A stretch of DNA of 64,000 bases from positions 56,149 through 120,148 of the forward strand of contig LBOM01000004.1 in assembly GCA_000989515.1 (NCBI GenBank). Direction: 5' to 3'. Each line of letters starts with the position of its first letter. Position 1 is the first letter of the stretch. The notes under the pieces were generated by a model that did not search any database, had not been told where the DNA came from, and worked only from the letters and a program-made list of their open reading frames with translations. A program made the position numbers and the translations under genes. The stretch is from Candidatus Nomurabacteria bacterium GW2011_GWE1_32_28. Lineage in GTDB: Bacteria; Patescibacteriota; Minisyncoccia; Phycocordibacterales; UBA9973. Shown here piece after piece: positions 32,810 to 43,098 of the stretch.

Positions 32810-35800
32810 ATTTTTTCAAGTTAACATCGAGAGCTAATCCTCGTAAATAATTAAGCAAAACATTAAACGAAGCAGGAGAATTTGGTGGTTTAATAGTCTC
32901 ATTTTTAATAATAGAATCAAATGTAGCAGATCGACCTAATATATCATCAGACTTGATAGTAAGCATTTCTCTTAAAGTATAAGCTGCACCATATCCTTCT
33001 AGTGCCCAGACTTCCATTTCTCCAAATCTTTGTCCTCCACCTTGGGCTTTTCCTCCTAGAGGTTGTTGAGTAATAAGTGAATAAGGCCCAATAGAACGCA
33101 TATGAATCTTGTCTTCTACCATATGGTGAAGCTTTAACATATACATATAACCAACAGCAATATCCTGATCAAATGCTTCTCCAGTACGTCCATCAAAAAG
33201 TTTTAATTTACCATTCTCGGGAAGTCCAGCTTTCTTTAATTCTTCACCTATTTCTTTATGACGTGCCCCTAAAAATGGTGGAACTATCGCTTGATAACCT
33301 AGAGTATTAGCAGCCATTCCAAGATGCATCTCTAAAATCTGTCCCAAATTCATACGAGAAGGAACACCAAGTGGAGAAAGTATTATATCTATAGGTGTAC
33401 CATCTTTGGTATATGGCATATCTTCTTCTGGAAGAATTTTAGAAATAACTCCCTTGTTTCCATGACGTCCAGAAAGTTTATCTCCAACTGATATATTTCT
33501 AACTTGAGCAACTTCAATTATTATTTTTTTAATAATCCCTGCTTCAAGTGTATGTCCTAATTCACGAGAGAATATTTTAATACCAATGATGCGTCCTCTT
33601 TTGCCATGCTCCATTCTAAGAGAAGTATCTTTAACATCACGAGCTTTTTCAGCAAAGATTGAACGCAAAAGTCTTTCTTCTGGAGTAAGTTCTGTCTCAC
33701 CTTTTGGTGTAATTTTACCAATCAAAATATCATTTTCTCTAACTTCAGCTCCAATTCGGACTATACCATCTTCATCCAAATCTTTAAGTTTTAGTTCTCC
33801 AACATTTGGTATATCACGAGTAGTAATTTCAGGTCCAAGTTTTGTATCACGAACGACACAAACAAATTCTTCTACATAAATACTTGTAAATTTACTTTTC
33901 TTTACGAGGCGCTCAGATATTATAATAGCATCTTCATAGTTTGAACCAGACCAAGATAAAAATGCTACAAAAATATTTTGTCCAATTGAAATTTGTCCAT
34001 CTACTGTACTTGTTGTATCTGCTAAGACATCTCCTTTATTGATTTTTTGACCAACATCAACTGCAGGACGCTGATGAAATGAAGAAAAGTTATTATTTCT
34101 TAAAAAGTTAACAAGAGGATAGATTTTTTCTGTTTTACCTTTTACTACTATTTTTCTTGCATCAAGATAAGATACGATACCATCTTCTAATGCAATTATT
34201 ATCCTACCAGAATCACGAGAAGCCAACGCCTCAACACCAGTAGCTACTAACGGTGCTTCAGGAAGTACGCAAGGTACTGCCTGTTTCTGCATGTTAGATC
34301 CCATGAGAGAACGATTTGCATCATTATGTTCCAAGAAAGGAATCATAGAAGTAGCAATAGAAAAAGCTTGGTTTGCAGCAACATCAATAAAATCAACTTC
34401 ATCACGGTTTATCATACCAGGATTAGTTTTTACTCTAGCAGCAACTCTCTCGTCTGTGATATTTCCATTTTCATCATAATCAATAGCTGCATGAGCAATG
34501 TTATATCTTTCTTCTTCAAGCGCATTTAAATATTGTATTTCATCAGTAATTTTTCCATTTTTTACTTTTATATAAGGTGTCTCTATTATTCCAAAATCAT
34601 TTATTTTGGCATAGGTTGAAAGATGTAAAATAAGTCCAATGTTGGGACCTTCTGGTGTATGTATGGGACAAACTCTTCCATAATGAGAAGGATGCACGTC
34701 TCGAACTTCTAATCCTGCACGTTCACGTGTAAGCCCACCTGGTCCAAGCGCTGACAATAAACGAATATGCTCCATTTCTGCTAGAATATTTTCTTGACTC
34801 ATAAACTGTGAAAGTTGGTTTGTGGTGAAAAATTCTTTTATACGAGCTTGAAGTGGACGTTGATTTATAATATGAATTGGTAATGCAGTTTCAACATCTA
34901 TGATAGACATTCTATCTTGAATATTTCTCTTAATCTGCATCATACCTGTTCGTACTTTTTGTTGAAGCATTTCTCCAACGAAACGAACACGTCTCTGTCC
35001 CAGGTGGTCTATGTCGTCAGATTTAGCACCTGCAGTATTATTTAAAACAATAATATTTGTAATTACTGTTATCAAATCTTCTTTAGAAATAGTACGACGA
35101 GCAAGTTCTTCTTTATCTAATCCTTTTTCAAAACGTTGATTAAATCTATATCGCCCAACAGGAGAAAGATCATATCTTTCAGAAGTAAACAAAGAGTTAA
35201 TAAATTCCTTAGCATTATCTGGTGTAGCCATATCTCCGTCTCTTAATCGTTTATATATTTCAATATATGAATCATTCAATGTCTTTGCTACATCTTTTGC
35301 CAAACAAGCTTCAATTACATCCTTACAAACAGGAGTCTTTTTAAATGCTTCTAGCATCATCTCATCTGTGTTATATCCCATAACACGCAAAAGAGCAGTA
35401 GCTGGAAACTTTCTTTTTTTATCTATTCTTATATAAATTGCTCCATCAGATTCTGATTCTAGCTCAATCCAAACTCCACGAGCTGGGATAATTTTTGCAC
35501 CAAAATATCTTTTTCCTTTATTCTCAGATTCTGTAAAAAAAACTCCAAAAGATCGTGCAAGTTGTGGCACAATGATACGTTCTACTCCATTTATTATAAA
35601 AGTTCCATGAGAGGTCATCAAAGGAAATTCCGACAAGAAAATCTCCTGCTCTTTAACAGTACCTAAAATTTTATTTGTTAATTTTACACGAGTTTTAAGA
35701 AGTCCTTGGTAAGAAAGTTTATTTATTTTAGCTTCATTTTCTCCAGAGTTAGCTTCTCCAAGAGAAAAAGAGGTAAATTCAAGTTCAAACTTTTTTCCAG

Positions 35801-35960
35801 AATAATCTATTATTGGAGAAAATTCTTTAAAAACTTCTTTTATACCTTCTTCAATAAGCCATTTATAAGACTTAGTTTGAGCTTCTATCAAATTTGGAAA
35901 TACTATTAATGGATTCTTGTATCTTGAAAAATACTTCTTTGGACGTTTTTCTCTTTGCAT
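32793..35960 (-). CDS. rpoB: DNA-directed RNA polymerase subunit beta
   Basis: GEMEVWALEGYGAAY, FGEMLQQKVR.., 1055 aa; stop overlaps the rpoC start. Confidence 0.95.
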   Translation of the reverse strand: MQREKRPKKYFSRYKNPLIVFPNLIEAQTKSYKWLIEEGIKEVFKEFSPIIDYSGKKFELEFTSFSLGEANSGENEAKINKLSYQGLLKTRVKLTNKILGTVKEQEIFLSEFPLMTSHGTFIINGVERIIVPQLARSFGVFFTESENKGKRYFGAKIIPARGVWIELESESDGAIYIRIDKKRKFPATALLRVMGYNTDEMMLEAFKKTPVCKDVIEACLAKDVAKTLNDSYIEIYKRLRDGDMATPDNAKEFINSLFTSERYDLSPVGRYRFNQRFEKGLDKEELARRTISKEDLITVITNIIVLNNTAGAKSDDIDHLGQRRVRFVGEMLQQKVRTGMMQIKRNIQDRMSIIDVETALPIHIINQRPLQARIKEFFTTNQLSQFMSQENILAEMEHIRLLSALGPGGLTRERAGLEVRDVHPSHYGRVCPIHTPEGPNIGLILHLSTYAKINDFGIIETPYIKVKNGKITDEIQYLNALEEERYNIAHAAIDYDENGNITDERVAARVKTNPGMINRDEVDFIDVAANQAFSIATSMIPFLEHNDANRSLMGSNMQKQAVPCVLPEAPLVATGVEALASRDSGRIIIALEDGIVSYLDARKIVVKGKTEKIYPLVNFLRNNNFSSFHQRPAVDVGQKINKGDVLADTTSTVDGQISIGQNIFVAFLSWSGSNYEDAIIISERLVKKSKFTSIYVEEFVCVVRDTKLGPEITTRDIPNVGELKLKDLDEDGIVRIGAEVRENDILIGKITPKGETELTPEERLLRSIFAEKARDVKDTSLRMEHGKRGRIIGIKIFSRELGHTLEAGIIKKIIIEVAQVRNISVGDKLSGRHGNKGVISKILPEEDMPYTKDGTPIDIILSPLGVPSRMNLGQILEMHLGMAANTLGYQAIVPPFLGARHKEIGEELKKAGLPENGKLKLFDGRTGEAFDQDIAVGYMYMLKLHHMVEDKIHMRSIGPYSLITQQPLGGKAQGGGQRFGEMEVWALEGYGAAYTLREMLTIKSDDILGRSATFDSIIKNETIKPPNSPASFNVLLNYLRGLALDVNLKKYENTK

Positions 35961-36151
35961 GGGTTTATAAAATCCCCAAAATAAACATAAAATAGATTAA
36001 AAACAAAAAGAAAAGTAAGAGCAAAAAACGCTTCTTTTTATTTTTAAAACAAAATTATTTATTTCGGATAGTGATTAACTTAATGCCTAATAATAAGCCT
36101 ATTAATATAAACTGAGATACATCCGAAACTCAATCAAATCTCTTGTTTACT

Positions 36152-36179
36152 AGTATACTTATTTTCACTTTTTTGTCAA
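36152..36179 (-). promoter_or_regulatory. sigma70-like promoter for rpoBC (-35 TTGACA, 16 nt, -10 TATACT)
   Basis: minus strand reads tttgacaaaaaagtgaaaataagtatact; ~185-nt leader to the rpoB ATG. Confidence 0.5.
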
Positions 36180-36190
36180 ATTGACTTTTA

Positions 36191-36904
36191 TTATTTATCT
36201 CTTTTTCTCCACTCTTCTATATCCTTATGGTTCCCTGACAAAAGAACTTTGGGAACTTTATAATTTTTACTTTTTTTACCCTGAACAGAATTGAAGGGAT
36301 ATTTTAAAACTTCTGGCCTTGTATAAACTTCACTTGAAGATACTCTTTCTTCTTCTCGTGAATCATAATTACCAAGAACACCTTCTATCTGACGAGAAAC
36401 ACAATCAACAAGTATCATCGCTGGAATTTCTCCGCCTGTCAGTACATAATCCCCTATTGAAAGCTTTTTAGTTTTTAAAATTTTATCTACTCTCGCATCT
36501 ATCCCTTCATATCTTCCACAAATCAAAACAACATCTGTATATTTTTTAGAAATTGTTTTAGCATAAGTAGTAGTAAATTTTTCTGCATTTGGTATAAAAT
36601 TTATAATCAAAATTTTACTTTTTCTGTTTTTCTTATTTGTAATTCGTAATTCGTAATTCGTAATTTTCTTAAAAACTGCTTCGACAGCTTTTAAAATAGG
36701 CTCTGCTCTCATCACCATTCCAGGGCCTCCTCCATAAGGTTTATGATCTACGGGTTTATAATTATTCTTTGGCGCCTTAATAAAATCTCTTGGATTATAA
36801 AATCCAACAGAAATAAGCTTATTTTTTATAGCTCGTCCAATAATAGATTCATTTAAATATGAATCAAAGATGTCTGGGAAAATTGTAATTATATGAAAAC
36901 GCAT
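36191..36904 (-). CDS. trmD: tRNA (guanine37-N1)-methyltransferase
   Basis: MRFHIITIFPDIF, LICGRYEGID, GDYVLTGGEIPAMILVD; contains an in-frame (TAATTCG)3 repeat. Confidence 0.85.
   Translation of the reverse strand: MRFHIITIFPDIFDSYLNESIIGRAIKNKLISVGFYNPRDFIKAPKNNYKPVDHKPYGGGPGMVMRAEPILKAVEAVFKKITNYELRITNKKNRKSKILIINFIPNAEKFTTTYAKTISKKYTDVVLICGRYEGIDARVDKILKTKKLSIGDYVLTGGEIPAMILVDCVSRQIEGVLGNYDSREEERVSSSEVYTRPEVLKYPFNSVQGKKSKNYKVPKVLLSGNHKDIEEWRKRDK
36639..36666. repeat. (TAATTCG)3 heptamer tandem repeat inside trmD
   Basis: gtaattcgtaattcgtaattcgtaatttt encodes ITNYELRITN in-frame. Confidence 0.5.
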
Positions 36905-36963
36905 AAAATAAAAACCGTAGTATTACTATACCACGGTTTTTATTTTGTTTCATATCGAAAAGT

Positions 36964-37314
36964 TTAGATTCCTTTCAAATCTTCCATAGCCTGATCGATA
37001 GTCTTTGTTGGACTTGGAACATTCTGACGTACTGTTTCAGTAGATCTTGGTTCTGGTCTTACGCTTCCTTCTGGTTCGTTAATTTTCAAATTAACACGAG
37101 CATTATTTTTCATTCCTATTATTCGTAACAATGTACGAATAGCTTTTGCTGTATTACCCATTCTTCCAATAATCTTACCCATATCGGCAGGATTTACTGT
37201 TAGACTAATAAGTACACCCATTTCATCAACAGTACGATCAAGCTTTACATCGTTTGGATTGTCCACTAAAGCCTTTACTACGTATTCTAGAAATATTTTA
37301 TCTGCTTCTTCCAT
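36964..37314 (-). CDS. KH-domain RNA-binding protein (YlqC/UPF0109-like)
   Basis: GKIIGRMGNTAKAIRTLL GxxG KH motif; sits between rpsP and trmD. Confidence 0.7.
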   Translation of the reverse strand: MEEADKIFLEYVVKALVDNPNDVKLDRTVDEMGVLISLTVNPADMGKIIGRMGNTAKAIRTLLRIIGMKNNARVNLKINEPEGSVRPEPRSTETVRQNVPSPTKTIDQAMEDLKGI

Positions 37315-37409
37315 AATGTTTTTAATATTTTACTTTTTAATCTTTTGTCATTCTGCAGCGTTACGACCTTAAGAAATTACTATCACTGCTTGTCTACAAT
37401 TATACACAA

Positions 37410-37718
37410 CTATTTTTTAGCTTTCAACTCTTTTTTCTTTAGTGTTGGTTTCTTTTTAGGTAATACATTTTTTTTCTTTCCTTCTACGACTTTTTGATGC
37501 ACCATAAAATTATGCATTGTGTCAGAAAGTTGTGCACCTTTTGAAACCCAATATTTTATCCTATCAGTTTTGAAATTTGTCTCTCCTGCTTTTGGATTGT
37601 AAGTACCAACTATTTCTAAAAATCTTCCACTCTTAGTGCTGTTTTTAGAATCAGTTAAAACTGCCCGAAATGCTGGATCATTTTTTCTGCCCACTCTTTG
37701 TAATCTAATTTTTAACAT
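37410..37718 (-). CDS. rpsP: 30S ribosomal protein S16
   Basis: MLKIRLQRVGRKNDPAFRAV.. Confidence 0.85.
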   Translation of the reverse strand: MLKIRLQRVGRKNDPAFRAVLTDSKNSTKSGRFLEIVGTYNPKAGETNFKTDRIKYWVSKGAQLSDTMHNFMVHQKVVEGKKKNVLPKKKPTLKKKELKAKK

Positions 37719-37769
37719 AAAGACAGTCTACCATAACTTATAAAAAAGGCAAATCAATTAAACCTACTT

Positions 37770-38285
37770 CTATGGCAAACATTGTTGATACATGGCTGTA
37801 ATATTTTCTCCATCAATATCAAAATATACTGTCTTATAAGTAGCCTTCTGTAAATTAGATATAAATATTAATGTATCCATTAAAAAATTTGCTTCTACCT
37901 CTTGATTGCAATCATAGGTTTTTGTATTTTCTGTAACATAAAGATCTCTAATCTTTAGATTTTGATTAATAAAAAATTCTCCAGTACTATCAATACCTGG
38001 AAGCCAATTTAAATTTCTGGTTAGTAAATCAACTTCTAAAATCCACTTATTGTTATCTTTTGTGATTGATTTTATATCACCCGGCTGATTATGAAAAAAT
38101 TCAATAAGTGATTCTTCTGTGTCCACCTTATCACTATTTTCCACTAATTTAGAATTTTTTATTTCTAAATTCTGAGAAATCAAGCTATTTTTCATCCACC
38201 AATAATATATACCACTACCAACCGCTAACACTGCAATCATAGATAATATCAAACTTACCCCCACAAAACCTTTATTATTTTTCAT
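37770..38285 (-). CDS. hypothetical membrane-anchored protein
   Basis: N-terminal TM helix VGVSLILSMIAVLAVGSGIYYWW. Confidence 0.5.
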   Translation of the reverse strand: MKNNKGFVGVSLILSMIAVLAVGSGIYYWWMKNSLISQNLEIKNSKLVENSDKVDTEESLIEFFHNQPGDIKSITKDNNKWILEVDLLTRNLNWLPGIDSTGEFFINQNLKIRDLYVTENTKTYDCNQEVEANFLMDTLIFISNLQKATYKTVYFDIDGENITAMYQQCLP

Positions 38286-38340
38286 AACTTAATTATGGAC
38301 TCTTTATATAAAAGAGCAAATAATATGCTATATTAAAAGA

Positions 38341-40281
38341 GTGAAAAAAGAATACAAAAAGGAAGAAAAAAGAGTAAGTAAAGTAATACAAGGAATCATA
38401 TCTGTTTCTGCAAAAGGCACAGGATACCTAAGAGTCCCTGATTATAAAGAAGATCCTGAGATTAACTTCAAAGATTTAAACACAGCACTTCATGGTGATG
38501 TAGTTGAAATTATACTAAACCCAAAAGGACATGGACGTATTACTGCAAAAGTATCCAAAATAATCTCACGTGCAAAGATTGGTTTTTCTGGAGTTTTAGA
38601 AAAAAAAGATAATAAATATTTACTAAAACCAGATGATACAAAAATGTACACTTATATTTTAATATCAGAAAAAATGTTAAATGGTGCGAAGATCGGACAA
38701 AAAGTTTATGTAGAAATAACCCTTTGGAAAGATTCAACAAAAATGCCAGAAGGAAAAATAGTAAAAGTTTTAGGACAACCAGGAGAAAATAATGCAGAGA
38801 TGTATGCCATTGCGATAGAAAAAGGTTTCAACAGTGATTTCCCTCAAAAAGTAGAAGAAGAAGCGAGAAAAATAAAAAATCTTGGTATCAGTAATGAAGA
38901 TTATAAAGATAGACGTGATTTTAGAAAAACTCTCACATTCACGATTGATCCAGAAGATGCAAAAGATTTTGATGATGCTATTTCTTTTAAAGAAATTGGA
39001 AACAATGAATACGAAATAGGGATACATATAGCAGACGTCTCTCATTATGTAAAAATAGAAAGTGAGCTCGACCGTGAAGCAAGAAAAAGAGGAACCTCTG
39101 TATATTTAGTAGATAGAACGATACCAATGCTGCCAGAGATTCTCTCAAATGACTTATGCTCTCTTATGCCAAATAAGGATAGACTAACCATGAGCGCTGT
39201 TTTTGTTTTAAATAAAAATGCAGATGTTTTAAAAGAATGGTATGGACACACAATAATACATTCTCAAAAAAGATTTTCTTATGAAGATGCAGAGAAATCT
39301 ATAAAAAAAACAGAATTACCATTTCATAAAGAACTTTCTATTTTAAATAATCTAGCAAAAAAATTAACAAAAGAAAGATTTACAAATGGTGCTATATCGC
39401 TAGAACAAGAAGAAGTAAAATTTATCTTAGATAAAAATGGAACACCTATAAAAGTAATCAAAAAAGAACGAGGTGATTCTAATAAATTAATAGAAGAATT
39501 TATGCTTTTAGCAAATAAAAAAATAGCTGAAACTATTTCAAAAGGCACAAAAAAAGAAGGTGGAGTGTTTGTATATCGTATACACGATAACCCAAACAAA
39601 GAAAAGATGACAGACCTAGCATTCTTCTTGCGAAGCTTAGGACATAAAATATCTTTAGTAGATGGAATCATTCCAACAAAAGAAATAAATAATCTTTTAA
39701 AAAAACTAGAGGGTAAAAGTGAAGAAAGTACAGTTAATCGTGCAGTAATACGCTCTATGGCAAAAGCAATTTATTCTACAAAAAATGTGGGACATTATGG
39801 TTTAGCATTTGAGTATTACGCTCACTTTACTTCACCCATTAGACGATATCCTGATATAGTAGTACACAGACTTTTAACAGATTATCTAAATAAATTAAAA
39901 GTTGGTAAAGAAAAATTAAATATATATGAAGAGATATCAAGACATGCATCAGAACGAGAAAAATATGCCTCTGATGCTGAGAGAGCTTCAATAAAATATA
40001 AACAAGTTGAATATATGTCTTCTCGTATTTCAGAGACATTCAAAGGAATAGTGAGTGGATTAACAGAATGGGGTATCTATGTAGAAGAAAAAGAAACAAA
40101 ATGTGAAGGACTTGTGCGAGTAAGAGACATGGGAGATGATTTTTATGTTTTTAATGAAAAGAAATTAGAACTAGTTGGTCAAAAAAAGAAAAAAAGGTAC
40201 CGCCTTGGTGATAGTGTCACAATAAAAGTAAAAAGTGTTGATTTAGAAAAAAAGACAATAGACTATATATTGATAATATAA
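38341..40281 (+). CDS. rnr: ribonuclease R (RNase II family)
   Basis: RNB-domain motifs TIDPEDAKDFDDA, HIADVSHYV; C-terminal S1-like region; GTG start. Confidence 0.8.
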   Translation: MKKEYKKEEKRVSKVIQGIISVSAKGTGYLRVPDYKEDPEINFKDLNTALHGDVVEIILNPKGHGRITAKVSKIISRAKIGFSGVLEKKDNKYLLKPDDTKMYTYILISEKMLNGAKIGQKVYVEITLWKDSTKMPEGKIVKVLGQPGENNAEMYAIAIEKGFNSDFPQKVEEEARKIKNLGISNEDYKDRRDFRKTLTFTIDPEDAKDFDDAISFKEIGNNEYEIGIHIADVSHYVKIESELDREARKRGTSVYLVDRTIPMLPEILSNDLCSLMPNKDRLTMSAVFVLNKNADVLKEWYGHTIIHSQKRFSYEDAEKSIKKTELPFHKELSILNNLAKKLTKERFTNGAISLEQEEVKFILDKNGTPIKVIKKERGDSNKLIEEFMLLANKKIAETISKGTKKEGGVFVYRIHDNPNKEKMTDLAFFLRSLGHKISLVDGIIPTKEINNLLKKLEGKSEESTVNRAVIRSMAKAIYSTKNVGHYGLAFEYYAHFTSPIRRYPDIVVHRLLTDYLNKLKVGKEKLNIYEEISRHASEREKYASDAERASIKYKQVEYMSSRISETFKGIVSGLTEWGIYVEEKETKCEGLVRVRDMGDDFYVFNEKKLELVGQKKKKRYRLGDSVTIKVKSVDLEKKTIDYILII

Positions 40282-42221
40282 TGAGTATAAAACATAGCTC
40301 CAGTCAGAAAATTAAACTATGGTTTTGGTCAATATCTATAATTATTATAGGTGTATTCTTTTCATCTTTTATTTTTAATAATGTTAATTATCAAAAAATA
40401 ACAAAACTAATAAATTCAAAAGAAAAAACAGCAATAGCAATAGAATCTTTCTCATCAGCTGATATTGTCCCTCAGTATTTCTACTTTACCAAAGATGTAA
40501 ATCAACAACCAAAAGTTTCAGCTGGTGCATACTTAATTGGTGATTTAGATACAGGAGAAATAATTCTCTCAAAAAACAAAGAAAAACAATTTCCAATAGC
40601 TTCAGTATCAAAATTGATGACTGCGACAGTCGCTATAGAATTAGCAAAGGAAGATGATATAGCCAAGGTTTCCAAAAAAGCGTTAGCTACTTATGGACAA
40701 AATGGTGGATTAAAATTAGCAGAAAAAATAAAAGTTACAGATCTCATTTATCCACTACTACTAGAATCAAGTAATGATGCTGCCGAAATAATAGCTGAAT
40801 ATTTTGATAGAAATATTTTTCTTAAAAAAATGAACCAAGAAGCTCTAAAACTGGATCTATCTCAAACAACATTCGAAGATCCGAGCGGACTTTCTTCAAA
40901 AAACCAATCAACTGTTTTTGATATGTTTAAACTAGCTGGATATATAAATAAAAAAAAACCAGATTTATTAGAAATAACAATGAAAAAAAGTTATACTAAT
41001 AAAAATCATAGCTGGTTTAGCACTAACCAATTCCTATCAGAAGAAGGATATTTAGGAGGAAAAAGTGGATACACAGATCCCGCAATGCAAACAGTCATCT
41101 CTCTCTTTTCACTCCCCTTGGGAGAAGTTGGAAAACGTAATATTGCTATTACATTACTACAAAGCAAAGATCGTTTTAAGGATGTAGAAAATATTTTAAA
41201 TTATTTAAATAAAAATATATATTATGGTGGAGAAGCAGATGCAAATACATCTTGGGTAAAAGAAAGAACAGATTTACCACCGATATTTGATCAAGATTTT
41301 GTGACTCTTCTATTTGGTGGAGATGCTATGCTCGACCGTGGAGTAAAAAACTCTGTAAACAAAAATTTTAAAGGAGATTATTCAGCACTTTTTGATAAAT
41401 TATCAATATTAAAAAAATCTAACATTACTTTTATAAACTTGGAAGGTCCAATATCTGATACTGGAAAAGACATAAAAAATCTATACTCATTTAGGATGAA
41501 CCCTTCTGTCGCACCAGCACTAAAAGGAGCAGGTATATCTATAGTCTCGGTTGCAAACAATCACGCTGGAGACTGGGGACGTGATGCATATATTGATTCA
41601 TTAGGACGTTTAAAAGAAAATGAAATTTTATATACAGGAGGAGGACTAACAGAACAAGAAGCAGAACAACCAACTATCATTGAAAAATATGGAATGAAAA
41701 TAGGATACCTAGGATTCTCAGATGTAGGACCAGATTCTATGAAAGCAACGACAAATAAAGCCGGTTTACTACTTGCTAATAACCCAAATTTTACTGAAAT
41801 AATACAAAATGCTTCAAAAAAAGTTGATTATTTAGTTGTAACATTTCATTTTGGAGATGAATATAAAACCAAACATAATGCAAGACAAGAATACTTAGCA
41901 CATAAAGCAATAGATGCTGGTGCTAAAATTGTAATAGGAACTCATCCTCATGTAATAGAAGATACAGAAGTTTATAGTCCAAAATCTTGCACTCAAATTT
42001 CATGTATGGGATTTATAGCATATTCATTAGGTAATTTTATTTTTGATCAAGGTTTTTCTGTAAATACAATGGAGGGTATGCTTCTTGAAATTAAATTAAA
42101 CAGAGATGGTAGTATGTCCACAAAGAAAAACGTAGTTCAATTAAACAGACTTTTTCAACCAAACAATATAATTATAGGAAAAGAAGAAAAAATAAAATTT
42201 AAAGAAAAATCTGACTACTGA
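40281..42221 (+). CDS. fusion of D-Ala-D-Ala carboxypeptidase (peptidase S11) with a CapA/PGA_cap metallophosphoesterase domain; N-terminal membrane anchor
   Basis: S11 motifs ASVSKLMT (SxxK), ESSND (SxN), KSGYT (KTG); CapA motifs LLFGGDAMLDRG, NLEGPIS, SVANNHAGDWG, GTHPHVIED. Confidence 0.75.
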   Translation: MSIKHSSSQKIKLWFWSISIIIIGVFFSSFIFNNVNYQKITKLINSKEKTAIAIESFSSADIVPQYFYFTKDVNQQPKVSAGAYLIGDLDTGEIILSKNKEKQFPIASVSKLMTATVAIELAKEDDIAKVSKKALATYGQNGGLKLAEKIKVTDLIYPLLLESSNDAAEIIAEYFDRNIFLKKMNQEALKLDLSQTTFEDPSGLSSKNQSTVFDMFKLAGYINKKKPDLLEITMKKSYTNKNHSWFSTNQFLSEEGYLGGKSGYTDPAMQTVISLFSLPLGEVGKRNIAITLLQSKDRFKDVENILNYLNKNIYYGGEADANTSWVKERTDLPPIFDQDFVTLLFGGDAMLDRGVKNSVNKNFKGDYSALFDKLSILKKSNITFINLEGPISDTGKDIKNLYSFRMNPSVAPALKGAGISIVSVANNHAGDWGRDAYIDSLGRLKENEILYTGGGLTEQEAEQPTIIEKYGMKIGYLGFSDVGPDSMKATTNKAGLLLANNPNFTEIIQNASKKVDYLVVTFHFGDEYKTKHNARQEYLAHKAIDAGAKIVIGTHPHVIEDTEVYSPKSCTQISCMGFIAYSLGNFIFDQGFSVNTMEGMLLEIKLNRDGSMSTKKNVVQLNRLFQPNNIIIGKEEKIKFKEKSDY

Positions 42222-42238
42222 AACTTATTCGAACCTTA

Positions 42239-42559
42239 TTAGTCAGGATTATTCACCGAAAGAAAATAATCATTCTTTAGTACCTCTCCAAACCTATAAG
42301 CATTAGCGTGAGAAAGAACTCCAAGGTATGAATATAAAGTAGCTTCAAGTTTCTCCTTTGAAAGAGACCTTGCTTTATATAAAACAATTTTCTTACTAAT
42401 TCTTCTTGTTGCTCTTTCTAAGGTTCTTTTTCTTATCAATACATGATATGGAAAAGAAATATGTCTGATGTAAAGAAATACACTATCATCCAAAATATTA
42501 CCGATGAAATCGGTAGAATGCTTGGTGGATGGATTCGTTCTATTGAAAGATAAAAGCAA
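42239..42559 (-). CDS. DGR-type reverse transcriptase, C-terminal ~100-aa fragment only (remnant)
   Basis: IRKRTLERATRRISKKI..SLSKEKLEATLYSYLGVLSHANAYRF aligns to the Bordetella bRT tail LRKSSVKRAKRKVANFI..SLQRFLASWSGHAQWADTHNL; fingers/palm domains with the catalytic YxDD are absent. Confidence 0.55.
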   Translation of the reverse strand: MLLSFNRTNPSTKHSTDFIGNILDDSVFLYIRHISFPYHVLIRKRTLERATRRISKKIVLYKARSLSKEKLEATLYSYLGVLSHANAYRFGEVLKNDYFLSVNNPD

Positions 42560-42599
42560 AAGGTATCCTTAACAGGATACCTTTTGTATATATGAGATA

Positions 42600-42735
42600 C
42601 TTCGGAGCAAACGCCGAAGCCGAACCATAGAGATCGCCGGCACGGGACACATCGCTCGTGCCGAACTTAAGCCTGTCAACGCTGAAGTAGAAGAGCGGAA
42701 CCAGCGAGAACACGCCATCAGCATCAGGAGTTTTA
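42600..42735 (-). repeat. TR-like GC-rich repeat, cognate of the VR-like segment at 43102-43240
   Basis: 124-nt gapless alignment of 42607-42730 with 43112-43235 at ~70% identity; translates in the same frame to a similar peptide (ORF 42540-42764). Confidence 0.5.
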
Positions 42736-42995
42736 CTACTTTCCATCCAAGTCACAAACCACAAAACATGATATTACACATGAATCACAATTCTCTATTT
42801 TATCTGGCAACACAATTACTTACTTGCCTTAAAAAGTAATAAGCAGTATCCCTTGTTACAGCGACACTCTTATAGTAACCATAATCACTATAATTCTGGT
42901 CGGAGATTTTTCATAAGAGAAAGAGTTCGGTAATAGTCATCCTTAAACGACTATACACTAACCTAGACTCACAATTACTATATCAATTTTTAAAT

Positions 42996-43034
42996 TAAAC
43001 GCAAAAATAGGGTCATCCATGTGGATAACCCTAT
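42996..43034 (-). terminator. 12-13-bp stem-loop plus U-tract immediately 3' of the VR-containing gene
   Basis: atagggt(c)atcca-tg-tggata(a)ccctat; one G.U pair on the minus-strand transcript, then tttttgcg. Confidence 0.55.
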
Positions 43035-43098
43035 TCAAAAAAATTTTTGAAATCAAGAATCAAAGAAACAAAAGATTCAAGAATTCAAATTACAAGGA

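Noticed and set aside
42540-42764. 74-aa ORF across the TR-like repeat
   Set aside because: It is the TR-like copy read in the VR frame and begins inside non-homologous sequence; treated as repeat/remnant, not a functional gene. A pseudogenised second target C-terminus cannot be excluded.
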